NCBI GenBank assembly: GCA_963714275.1
Contig: CAVQNT010000002.1
Coordinates: forward strand, 942,576 to 1,006,575
DNA: 64,000 bases
Source of the DNA: Candidatus Bathyarchaeota archaeon
GTDB taxonomy: Archaea; Thermoproteota; Bathyarchaeia; Bathyarchaeales; DTEX01
Reading direction: 5' to 3'
Position numbers and translations under genes: made by a program. Positions 42,708 through 53,166 of this stretch are shown here, one piece after another; the stretch's first letter is position 1, and every line of letters starts with the position of its first letter. Below the pieces are notes generated by a model, which did no database searches, was not told the DNA's origin, and saw nothing but the letters and a program-made list of their open reading frames with translations.

Positions 42708-42900
42708 AAAAGCAATAGTGGTTTATGATTCTAAATTCGGTAATACCGAGAAGATCGCAAAAGCACTTAGTTGGGGAATGAGAAAGAATGGTTTCTCGGT
42801 CGACTGCGTTAAAATAGATACTGTTGACCCAACAAAACTCGCAGACTACGATCTGCTGGCTATAGGGGCTCCCACACAAGCTTTAGGTATATCTGGACCG
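42708..42900 (+). pseudogene. Flavodoxin N-terminal remnant
   Basis: KAIVVYDSKFGNTEKIAKAL..YDLLAIGAPT; the original start appears lost at CTAG and similarity stops at the CGCGCGCGC run. Confidence 0.85.
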
Positions 42901-42972
42901 CGCGCGCTGTCTCTTCTTTTTTGGGGTTTCTTGATTATTGCTTCTTTCAGGCTATTGAATTCTTTTTACCTC

Positions 42973-43967
42973 TTATTTGAAGACTTTGACAACCTTGTCG
43001 TAGTATGTTTCCACTTCTTCGTCTGTTCCTTTTCTAGGATAGGTGAGAAAGGTGGTCACGCCTATATCGATGCGCTTCTGTATCTGATCGATGATTTCGT
43101 CAGTAGTGCCAATTAGGTTCCAATCAACATACTCTTGCGTCAAAGGCATTAGGCCTCGAGTGAATTTCAGACCCGGAGTCCTCTCAACTATGTCGACCAG
43201 CTCCTCTTTGCGACGATAAATTATTAACTCAGAACTCCACTGTTTCTTTATCTCATCATAGTTTCTACCCACTACCTCACAATGCTTCTTCAAAACATTC
43301 AACTTATGCTTATACGATTCCACACTTCCAAAAAAGTTCCATTCGTCAGCCTCCCGAGCGACTACCCTGAGGGTCAGTGCTCTCCTCCGCCGCCAATCAT
43401 TATTGGTGGTCGGGGTTTCTGAACGGGTTTAGGCTCACAAATCGGATTGTCAATTTGGAAGTATTTTCCCTTCCATTTTGGACTCTTCTCAGTCCACATC
43501 ATCTTGCATATTTTCACGGCTTCCCTCAACTGTGCGATTCTAATCGCTGGCTTGGGGAATAGCATACCATAGCCTCTATACTCTTGTTCGGCCCATCCTG
43601 CTCCGATGCCCAATATGACTCTTCCATGTGAAATAAAGTCTATGTTAGCCACCATTCTCGCTAGGACGGCGGGATTGCGGTAGCCGACGGCGACGACCGT
43701 CTCTCCCAGTTGGGCTCTCTTCGTTACGGCTGCGATGGCTGCTTTGGTTGTCCCCCATTCAAGCATTGCTCCTCCTTCCCAGGATAGGTGGTCGCAGCCA
43801 TAAATGGCATCGTAGCCCAGTTCATCACATTTTATGGCCATGCTTGCGACTTTATCCCAGTTGACTTCCGATTTTGTCTGACCTGCCACATCTCTATACC
43901 AGTGACATCGATCGAGGATAATTCCAAATTTTATTTTAGCCAATTTAGTCACCACATCGAATGTCAA
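42973..43967 (-). CDS. LLM-class (luciferase-like) flavin/F420-dependent oxidoreductase, frameshifted ~43375
   Basis: GYDAIYGCDH, RNPAVLARM..DFISHGRVILGIGAGW..EY, PKPVQKPRPPIMIGGGG. Confidence 0.9.
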
Positions 43968-44019
43968 CTTTTAAAATAAAAGATTTTATGGTTGAATTGA
44001 TTCGCGCGTGCTTTGAATT

Positions 44020-44054
44020 GGTTTGGGATTTGGGTTTGGGGATTAAAAATTAAT
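44020..44054 (+). repeat. Dispersed G-tract/palindrome site
   Basis: GGTTTGGGATTTGGGTTTGGGGATTAAAAATTAAT. Confidence 0.8.
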
Positions 44055-44243
44055 GATGATTATTGGCATCAAAACAAGCCAGTTTCGATGGACATAGTGC
44101 ACTATACTATTCTACTTTGAGTGTAAGTCAGTTTGAAGGCATCTGGGATTCTTTTTAGCTAGCTTAGCTAATTTTTAAATCTCAACAGGGCAATGACTTG
44201 AATAAAGTAGAGGGACACGTTATTCCTGTACCAATATCTTTTT

Positions 44244-44888
44244 TTAAATGAGGTCGATTTCCAGGCACTCGGCCAGTGCCCAGAGAATTCTTAAGTTGGC
44301 TTTTAAGGTTCCTCCGATTCTGGGATTCTTCCTCCTGACTGATTCATAGAGTGTTTCGCCTATCTTGAATCCTTTCTTTTTGGCGATTACTAGGAGTTCT
44401 CCGCCGAAGGTTTCGTCGCATTTCAAGTTAAAGTTTGAGACGGTCTCCTTCTTGTAGACTCGGAAGTTTGAGAAAACATCCTTCACACCGAGTAGTTTGC
44501 CCAAGGTTCCGGACGCTAGTTTCTCGGATATTCTGGGCAGCTTTGTGCGTGAAGCAACGAGAATGTCGCATTGTTCAGCTTTTTCGACAAGCTCGGGTAT
44601 GAGTTCTGGAGGGTTCTCGAAGTCAGCGTCGATTGTGACTATGACTGGGTATTTTGCCAGCTTCATCCCGTGGAGTAGGCCTTTCGTTTGTCCTTCTCTG
44701 GCCTTTCTGATTGTTTTGTCTGCAAGTTTCTCAGCGATCTCTGCAGTCCCGTCTGTTGAGCTGTCGTCGACGACTATGATCTCGTGTGGCATGTTCTTGA
44801 GTGTGTTCTGTATGGTCTGGATTAGAAGTTTAATGTTTTCTCGTTCATTCCATGTTGTTGTTACGACGGATACTCCATCCGCATTCAT
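44244..44888 (-). CDS. GT2 glycosyltransferase (polyprenol-phosphate sugar synthase-like)
   Basis: TWNERENI, VVDDSSTDGT, TIDAD..PPELIP, ASR. Confidence 0.88.
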   Translation of the reverse strand: MNADGVSVVTTTWNERENIKLLIQTIQNTLKNMPHEIIVVDDSSTDGTAEIAEKLADKTIRKAREGQTKGLLHGMKLAKYPVIVTIDADFENPPELIPELVEKAEQCDILVASRTKLPRISEKLASGTLGKLLGVKDVFSNFRVYKKETVSNFNLKCDETFGGELLVIAKKKGFKIGETLYESVRRKNPRIGGTLKANLRILWALAECLEIDLI

Positions 44889-44980
44889 GGTTTAAGTCTC
44901 TAAATGAAAGGGTAGATAAACGGTTGGTTCCTGAATAACCAAGGTTGCCTAAAAAGATAAAAACGGCGTCTTTTCTATTG

Positions 44981-46117
44981 TTAATTTTCGATAGACTCGA
45001 TTCTCACTCCTTTGTCGGCAACTTTCGTGACGTAAGCTTCTCCGCCTTCTTTGTTTATGGCTTGTGCAACCTTTACTTCGTCTCCGGGTTCACATAGGGC
45101 GATCATGCATCCGCCGCCTCCTGATCCTGAAAGCTTCGCTCCTAATGCACCAGCCTTAAGAGCTGCTTCTATTAGTTCGTCGAGTCTTGACGGTGACACT
45201 GGGCAGTCTCCTGAAACTTGGAGAAATTTTTTTAAGTAATGCTGGTTTTCGTTCATCAACTCACCTATTCTACTACAGTTTGGTGAAGGTTTCTCGAGTT
45301 CTTCTTTGGCTTTTCCAACAATTTTGTTTATGTTTTCCATGCCTTCAATGAACTTTTGTTCTCTACTTTGAATCGTTCACCGAGCCAACCTAGTACTTTC
45401 GGCGTATCCTTTGGTTGCATTGTGTCTCCTATCACTAACGGAAGATCTGTTTTGGGTTTTAACCGGTGAATTTTCGCAGGTTCTTCGGTGCAGTCGATGT
45501 GCAGGATTCCTCCAAAAGCTGAGGCATACTGATCCATCTGGCCGCAATTAATGCCTAATTCCTTCCTTTCACCGGTGTATGCCATGTTTGCATAGAGGGT
45601 TAACGTCTCTGGTTTTGATGTATACTCTAGAATAGTAGTGGAGTCCTGTTGCTCGATTTCTGGAAAACGGTGGGTCAAGTCAACCGCGGCTGAGATGACT
45701 ACACACATCGCAGCTGATGATGACAAGCCCTTACTTACTGGCAGATCCTTTAAAGCCTCTTTCTTGCCTTCTTGTCTTAACCGTTCCTGAACTTCCTCAG
45801 ACTCTTAGGAACCGCATCTTCATCCCTCCCAAGATATATGGCAGATCCTTTTTTTTCTGGAAAGCTCTTAGCACCCCTCCAACATATTTAAGATCGGAAT
45901 TCCAGTTCAGAATTGCATTGTTCACCTCGAACTTGTCATATACTGTGAATGGGCTGTAGGAAAACACTTCAGCAACCTTGCTGCTGGTAACCTCAGCTTC
46001 AACGAACGACCTCATATCTACGGCGCAAGCAAGTACTTTATGCCTGCACCAATCCATGTGTTCACCGAAAAGGCATATTCTTCCTGGAGCGGATACAATA
46101 ATTTTACTAATTATCAA
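44981..46117 (-). CDS. GHMP kinase (galactokinase-like sugar kinase), two frameshifts
   Basis: APGRICLFGEHMD, GLSSSAA, CGQMDQ, GAKLSGSGGGGC. Confidence 0.88.
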
Positions 46118-46179
46118 TCACCTTTTTATGAAATGGATACTTGTTAGTTTGAACATGCATTCTTCTTTGTTGCTTTGCT

Positions 46180-47055
46180 TTAGTTTTGGCTATGCTTTCT
46201 GTTTTTCAGGTTTTGGTAGGAGATGTTAAACGATTGCCAACAACTTTCTGGGTTTCCTATGTCGATTAGTATCCCGTCAGGTGGTAATTTGACAGCGTAG
46301 ACTTTCAGGCCTTGGTCAATCATCTCTTGAATTCCGTCTGTTATCTGCACTTCGCCCCCTTTTTTTTGTTGTGCGGTATCTTCAAGGGCTTTGAAAATTT
46401 TCGGATTGAAGATGTATACAGGTATTATTGCAAGATTGGTTTGAGGTTTCTCGGGTTTCTCGACGGCTTTTTCTACGTTGTATATTCCGTTTTCGATTTC
46501 TTTTCCTTCAATCACCCCATAGATTTCGGGGTTCTCAACTTCTTTAATCAGCATGGTTGCGTCAGCCTTATACTTTTCGTGGCTTGATATCAAACGGCGG
46601 ATATGATTGCAGTCTTTATCTAATATAGTCATATCTCCTGCATGTACTAGGAAGGTTTCATTTATGAAGTATTCAGCTCTTAAGACGGCGTCTCCGAAGC
46701 CTTTAGGTTCTGGTTGGTTTATGAAGACGATGGTGGAGTTGTTGACTCGCCAATAGAATCTTCTAAGTTCTTCAGCGAGCTCAGCCTTGTTCATTTTTTC
46801 GAGTTCTCTTACAAATTCTTCATCAGGTGTGAAATGGTCTTCTATAGATCTTTTCCCCCTACCCACTATGAAGCCGAACTCTCTGAACCCAGTGTCGTAA
46901 AGCTGCTCATAAATGGCTTGAACAATCGGCTTCAAACAAGGTCCACCATTCACACTGTCCAGAAAGATGGGCAGCATCTCCTTAGGCATCTCCTTCGTCA
47001 TCGGAAGAAGCCTAGTCCCCAAACCAGCCACAGGCAAAACAGCCTTCCTAATCAT
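46180..47055 (-). CDS. galU: UTP--glucose-1-phosphate uridylyltransferase
   Basis: KAVLPVAGLGTRLLPMTKEMPKEMLP, QPEPKGFGDAV, VEKP, GEVQITD. Confidence 0.88.
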   Translation of the reverse strand: MIRKAVLPVAGLGTRLLPMTKEMPKEMLPIFLDSVNGGPCLKPIVQAIYEQLYDTGFREFGFIVGRGKRSIEDHFTPDEEFVRELEKMNKAELAEELRRFYWRVNNSTIVFINQPEPKGFGDAVLRAEYFINETFLVHAGDMTILDKDCNHIRRLISSHEKYKADATMLIKEVENPEIYGVIEGKEIENGIYNVEKAVEKPEKPQTNLAIIPVYIFNPKIFKALEDTAQQKKGGEVQITDGIQEMIDQGLKVYAVKLPPDGILIDIGNPESCWQSFNISYQNLKNRKHSQN

Positions 47056-47107
47056 AAAAACAACCTTTACAAAATTCTTTCATTATGTGTTTATATGTTT
47101 TTTAGGC

Positions 47108-47177
47108 ACATAGGAGTAAGGTTGTTATTGATATTGCTGAGCCAGCGTAGAATAGGTTTTGGGGCTAAAATTCTAGC
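47108..47177 (-). repeat. Diverged fragment matching the 3' end of the large GT-C gene (48398-48467)
   Basis: Shared GCGTAGAATAGGTTTTGGGG; ends at CTAG. Confidence 0.75.
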
Positions 47178-47455
47178 AAAATGGTGCTCAGGAAGTAACT
47201 ATTTTGGAGCCTGCAAAGAAAATTAAAGAATTAACAAAAAGTGAGCCTGGGTTGAGTTTTCATCCTGTATCTAAGGATGATCCGAAAAGACGATGCCCAG
47301 ACACAGGCAAACTGGAAAAGCTATTAGGATGGAATCCAAATATAGACTCCAAAGAAGGACTTAAAAGAACAATCATATTGTTCCCACAAAAAAGGTCGAT
47401 CGATACTAAAAATGTAAAGGAAATGCGTTGGTGTCATGAAATTAAGATGGTTTGA
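47178..47455 (+). pseudogene. C-terminal remnant of an NAD-dependent epimerase/UDP-glucuronate decarboxylase
   Basis: EVTILE.AKKIKELT..DDPKRRCPD..KLEKLLGW.P....EGLKRTI; N-terminal Rossmann fold absent. Confidence 0.8.
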
Positions 47456-48155
47456 GTCTATAATTACCAAATGGGGAATCAATATTGATAGAGGTCTAGT
47501 GTTAGACATCGGCTGCGGCAACGGTAGGATTTCGCTTGTCGTGAAGAAGACTTTACCTCAAGCGGAATTAGTATCATTGGATCTCTCGAAAACCTGTGTA
47601 AAACATGTAAAGGAGAATATTAGTGACGAAGCCATTGTTGTGGACGGCACACGATTGCCCATTCGAGACGAAAGCGCCAACCTGATAGTGTGCGACCAAA
47701 TGATCGAACACATAGAGCGGCAGGATGATTTGGTCAGAGAGATGAGTCGTGTTCTTAAAACTAGAGGCAATATTCTCGTAGGTTCAGTGCTACGAAGAAA
47801 GTTTGCTCTGAGTCCATATCGGAATAGAGAAGGAAAAATGACCTTAAGTCCAGACCATCTCAGAGAATTTGAGAGCAATGAGCAATATACAAGCCTGTTC
47901 CGAGATCGCTTCGAAATTCTGGAAATCTCGACAATACCAATTACTCATCCTCTCCTCATTACCCTGTACAACGTTCTGTTTTCTTTGGGTTTAGTTAAGT
48001 CTGACTTGTATGTTCGCCTTCAAAGACACAACCCGGAATTGATCTACAAGGACTCGCTGCTGACTCTGATTACGATACCACGTCCGCGATTCTCATATAT
48101 ATACATTTTAGCTGAGAAGAAGAGATGCCGTGATATCGCTGTAGCCAAGCGGTGA
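47436..48155 (+). CDS. Class I SAM-dependent methyltransferase
   Basis: VLDIGCGNG, LDLS, DGTRLP, IEHI, RVLKTRG. Confidence 0.9.
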   Translation: MKLRWFESIITKWGINIDRGLVLDIGCGNGRISLVVKKTLPQAELVSLDLSKTCVKHVKENISDEAIVVDGTRLPIRDESANLIVCDQMIEHIERQDDLVREMSRVLKTRGNILVGSVLRRKFALSPYRNREGKMTLSPDHLREFESNEQYTSLFRDRFEILEISTIPITHPLLITLYNVLFSLGLVKSDLYVRLQRHNPELIYKDSLLTLITIPRPRFSYIYILAEKKRCRDIAVAKR

Positions 48156-48325
48156 TACACCGTATGCTGGTAATTGGTCAAAAAGTACTATTATTTGGCT
48201 AAATTTTAAGGCAAGGAAACTAATGTGAAACCCGCCCGACGAAAGAGGCTCCTCTTTGAAATACTAAAAAAAAGCTCAAACCTATTCGAAAGAATTTGCT
48301 ATATTCATCTTAGGGAGTATTTGCG

Positions 48326-51300
48326 CTAGATGCTTGGTTTGTTCTTGGCGTACTTTTGGAGTATGATTTTGATTTTATCTTTGTTTATGTATACTGTACA
48401 TAGTATTAGCGTAGTTATCGATATTGCGGAGCCTGCGTAGAATAGGTTTTGGGGCCAAAATTCCAGCGTGATGGTGAATGTGCCTGTTTTGTTGATGTAC
48501 CAGCCGTTGGCGAAACCGTTGGCGGTGAAATGGTATTCGTTTGACACTTGTTGGTCCGTCGATGTACGCAATCCAATTGTTATCATAGGATTCGCTGAAG
48601 ACGAGGTAGAATGGGGTTTGAGGCGTTAACGTGGACGGCGTATTTGGTGGGGTTGATTTTTTCGTAGGTGATTGATGGGTTGTCTGTTTGGCTGGAGGAG
48701 AGCAGGTTATTGGCGTCTGCAAAGTTCTCGCCGTTTTTCAGTGAGTAGAGTAGCATGTTCTCCATTTTTGGTGGATTGGTTTTTAGGGTAACAGTGTCTG
48801 CTTTGTGGTTTATTTGCATGATGGCTTTTTGGTGAGTGGGAATTATTATTGGGAAAGTAACAGGTTTTGTGCTCATTCCCATCCAGCCTGTTTCCCACCA
48901 TACTCCATTGATGTCTGACGTTGTGTTTCCATCGGTCAATATTTCGTCTATACGGAGTGGGTTGTCACCTGCGACTAAATATACTAAAGTTGAGTTGTAG
49001 GCGTTCCAGCTTGTGAAGTCTAGTGGGAAGGTGTATGGGCATTGGTCTATTGTGGGGAAGCTTAGTGTGTCCCATGGTTCTGACCCGTCGGTTCTTACGA
49101 CTGCTTTCCATTCAGGGTAGTATCTGGCAGCGTAGTTTTGGTTTGTGAATGCTGGAGGTCCAGTTTATTGGGTTTGTCAGTCCGTCATAGACGGGTATTG
49201 AAGTGTTTTGTCCGGATGTTGATATTGTGTGGTAGCCAGCTGTTAGGGTGATTGGCCCGATGTATTTGTAGATGAAAACTGGTCCTTGTTCTTGAGAATG
49301 GGTATTAATGCTGAAGGTTTGGTCGTCAATTTTTGTTAAGAGGTTTCCGTAGCCGTATCCTGTTGCGACTTTTATTGCTAATAGATAGTTTCCTGCTTTG
49401 GGGGTGAATATGGTGGTTGAGGTGTCGGATGGTGCTTGGGTGGGTGGGGGGTTTGTCCGTCCGTCTATTACTGGAAGCGTTATTGTGCCGCTGTCTGTTT
49501 GAAGAGTGATATTACTTGCTTGCTGGTTTACCTGAATAATTGCTCTTTGATTCGGAGGTATGGTTATGGGCCAGCCCGTTCTCCAAGAGGTATCTGTTTG
49601 CCACCATGCGCTGGCGGCGACTTGCGTTTCATCGGCTTTGATGGAGTTGATTGTTAATGCTGATGAGCCTGTTGTTATGTAAATCAGCGTGGAGTTGTAG
49701 GCGTTCCAGCTTGTGAAATTCATAGGAAAAGCACTGATATATGGACAGTCATTAGGTGATGGAAAAATGAGCATGCCTGAATCGCCTTGCCCGTTAGTGC
49801 TTATCACACCCTTCCATCCTGAGTAGTAGCGAGCGGTGATGAATGGCGGGGGTTCTATTGCATAGACAATTCGCCCTTTACTTAGGGCGCTGGAAACTGC
49901 ATCATAAGTTGAGTGGAGTTTTGATATTGAATGAATATCGTATTCAGTGGAAGGGCTGAGATTTGGTTGGCATAAAGCTGATCCGACAGCAACAAAACTG
50001 AGTTTTCAGGCTTGAAGTCATTTCTTTCCATAATTTTTGCAGTCTGGTTTAAGCCACCGTCTATTAGAATGTTGTTGGTTGTCGCATAGATGTGCGTGGG
50101 GCTCCAATAGTTGTTTCTGTAGAAATCGAGTTTTCCAAATTTCTTTTCAAGAGAGAGTGCACCGCTAGAGCCCAAGATTGATTGAAGCTGTTCAGGCGAA
50201 CTTGAAATCCATGAAGGATTATCCGCTATGTACAGCCAATTTGTGTCTTCGTGGAAGAGAACATATTTGACGTCCATTAAAGCTAGTATTTTGCTTGCTG
50301 CTGTGGTTGAGTTTTCAATTATTAGCTGTGCTGCTAGACCCGCTAGGCCATTCCCAGCTAACGAGAAGGATATCACTGCTTTTGGAAACAACCATTCGGC
50401 TGGATACGGTCCGTCGTAGCCACCATTTTCCCATTTAAATTCTGCATAACCAATTTTGGATATAGGGAGAACGATAATTTTGAAGTCCGATGCGTCAGTT
50501 CCTAGCCAATCACTGGCAGCCTGATAATAAGTTGGCATTTGATATCGGCTTGACTGTATGACGGTGGTACTAGGTCGAATTACATCACCTGTCCATAAGG
50601 GAAAAGCATAAACGCCGACGATTAGGAAAAGGATGAAAACTATCGGAGCGCCGCTTATTATTGGGCGTGCGAGACCTCCAACTTTTTTGAGATGCGATTT
50701 GAAGCGATTGAAGAATTCTGAAAGAGCAAAGCCTATTAGAAAAGCATAAGCGAGGCTAACATACATTCCAAACCTCAGATACGGCGTACTGAAAAACACT
50801 TCAAACAGAGGAATATATGAGAATATCAAATTTCCTAAAGGAGAGTAACTACCGTTAACAAGTAACAGGCTTATTAACGCAAAAGACGCGAAGAAGAGCA
50901 CATGTTTGTTTCTGGGTTTTAATAATGTTGGAATAAATGCCAAAAATGGTACTATGAAGCTTATGATTATGAGGAGAGGATTCTGATATGCTGAACTCCA
51001 GACAAAATAGGGATCGCCTTTGGAGCCTGAGTCCAAACCCCAGTATCCAAGAAGACGCATGGCACCGAGAATAGGCGCACTATTTAACTGCACCGCGGAT
51101 TGAAAAGCCACACCAACACTACTATAGGCGCTTGCAACATTTGCAAGTTCATTTGAGGAAAAGTACGCATCTGGAAGTAACCAATATAGGTTCAGCAGTA
51201 TCCAAGTTATCATGAATCCTGTGGCGAATTTCAAAGATGAGAACAAAGCCGCTCTCTTAGGGTTAGTCAAAATAAAGAATATTAAGTATATGAGCAACGG

Positions 51301-51945
51301 CAAAAAAGTCAAAAGAGCATATGACGGGTCTACATATACCGATGTAGCCAACAACATGCAAAAAGCAGCAATCACAGCGAATTTAAGAGATTTTTTCTCA
51401 TTTAACCCCTTAATAAAAAGCCCTAAAATTAAAGGGAGGAAAGCATAAATTATGAAACTTGTTTGCCGTATTGGCATAATATTAATGGCCACATAAGGGT
51501 TCAGCATATAAAAAACGCCCGAAATCAAACCAGCCAAACGTTTGAGCAGAAGAGGTCTGTTACCTAACAAAGTCGTAGTCAAATAATACATAGACAAACC
51601 GCTGAATGTGAAAACAAAATAGAAAAGGATCTTTTCGGTGGCGACCACGGAAAGACCTATAATTTCGGAAAATGCAAAAAATGCCCATATCGGAACTGTA
51701 AAAGCCAATATTCGGGGATTGGCACTTCCTGCAGATCTGGAATCCCACATGTAAAAGTTCGCATTAAAACTTCTGATTCTATTGAGTGGCATTGAAAAAT
51801 CTCCTGAGGCTATTAAGTAGTCTCCACCAAACCACGAGATAGAAAGGAGACCGATAAGCCCTATGATTAATAGATCGATAGCCATGCTTCCATATAAGTC
51901 AGAGAACCTCCTGAAAGCCCTTGAAAAACCGGTTCCAACCAACAT
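48326..51945 (-). CDS. Large multi-TM GT-C-like protein (AftD/DUF3367-like) with repeated extracellular domains; several frameshifts
   Basis: N-terminal GDF..P, AG..FYMLNPY, ~12 TM, PTYY..A..WL and VKYVLFHED; downstream ORFs carry a repeated WNAYNSTL unit and end KINPTKY.V..LVFSESY..W..ANGFANGW..F.PQ plus a TM. Confidence 0.72.
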
Positions 51946-52137
51946 AACTAGACGACTGTGATGAGTGTGACTATATTAGTTAGTCTGTATGAGTCAATTT
52001 CCGAATTAGCATAACTTCTGAAGACCTGATACTGATAGAGTGTTTAATACCAACTAGCTGTATGTTAACAAGATCTTAAAATATCAATGAAAATGTGCAT
52101 TGTTTTCAATAGTCACCATATTCTTAATCAAGAATCA

Positions 52138-53163
52138 TCATTCTGCCCAGTCGCGCATCCACCAACTGAAATAACAAGTACAATTATTACAAAGCGGTAT
52201 TTTATAAAAATCTCCAACCACGTGCACTTTTCGGTTTTTTTTCAACTTTTCTCCGCCCCATACATCTCGTATGGATTCGTTTTTCAAGTCTCCAATAACT
52301 ATCTTGTCATCATAATCTATACAGCATAGAGGAACTTTTCCATCCCAGGAAACGACAAGTTCAGTCCATAGAAGTCTACATGGATAGACTCGTCTAGCAA
52401 GAACTCTTTTTGTTTTTACTTCAGCTTTACCAGACCAGTCATGCGTATTCGATATCCATATTTGCCCATATTTGTTCCATTCCCTTACGAAATCTTTAAC
52501 TTGGATCTTATTTTCCTCCGTGCTACAAAAGTTGAGTATTATGGCGGGTTTTTCTTTGTTTCTAGAATTTTTAAGTTCAATGAACCGCTTTATGTTTTTT
52601 TTAACTATATCATAATTTAGCCCTTTTCTTATTCTCTCGTAAACCTCTTTGGAGTTAGCATCAAGACTAATGTAGATTATGTCTAAGCCCGAGTCTAAAA
52701 TTTTGATCGCAGTCTCTTCGGTTAAGAGAGAAGCATTTGTGTTAGTTGATACGATTTCAATTCCTGCCTTCTTGGCATAAGCAACTTTTTCCGAAAAATC
52801 TGGATCTAGCAGAGGTTCGCCAAGCCTGTAAATAGCTACCTCCTTCACTTTAAGATTTGCACAATCAGCAATTATTTTTCTAAATAAGGAAAAATCCATG
52901 AACCCTGTTTTTCGAGTCAATTTGTCGTGAACGCAAAAGACACAATGTGCATTACAGGCATTTGTATTTTCAATTATGACTTTTGTAGGTCCATCTTTTT
53001 GTTTTTCCATTACTCGTTTCATCTGCTTTTTATGCAGATGAGCGTAAAGTGGATTTTTACTCAATATCTGAGAATTAAGTAGAAAAGACGCAAGTTTACT
53101 TACACGGGAGTTCGACTTTGTCAAGTCTATTACTTTATTGGTGAGTTTTGCTCTTTTTCCCAT
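52138..53163 (-). CDS. Radical SAM/SPASM(Twitch) protein
   Basis: CNAHCVFC, GEPLL, TNASLL; CRLLW..DGKVPLCCID..CNNC. Confidence 0.92.
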   Translation of the reverse strand: MGKRAKLTNKVIDLTKSNSRVSKLASFLLNSQILSKNPLYAHLHKKQMKRVMEKQKDGPTKVIIENTNACNAHCVFCVHDKLTRKTGFMDFSLFRKIIADCANLKVKEVAIYRLGEPLLDPDFSEKVAYAKKAGIEIVSTNTNASLLTEETAIKILDSGLDIIYISLDANSKEVYERIRKGLNYDIVKKNIKRFIELKNSRNKEKPAIILNFCSTEENKIQVKDFVREWNKYGQIWISNTHDWSGKAEVKTKRVLARRVYPCRLLWTELVVSWDGKVPLCCIDYDDKIVIGDLKNESIRDVWGGEKLKKNRKVHVVGDFYKIPLCNNCTCYFSWWMRDWAE

Positions 53164-53166
53164 TTC

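Noticed and set aside
42718-43116. 132-aa flavodoxin-membrane fusion ORF
   Set aside because: The part after 42900 is read-through into the spacer and antisense strand of the LLM gene.
44020-44042. True telomere or G-quadruplex function of the GGG tracts
   Set aside because: The sites are internal and most copies have only two G-tracts, so this is not supportable from sequence alone.
1616-44054. CRISPR array made of the GGGTTTGGG-ATTAAA repeats
   Set aside because: Copies are hundreds to thousands of bases apart and degenerate, with no regular spacers and no cas genes.
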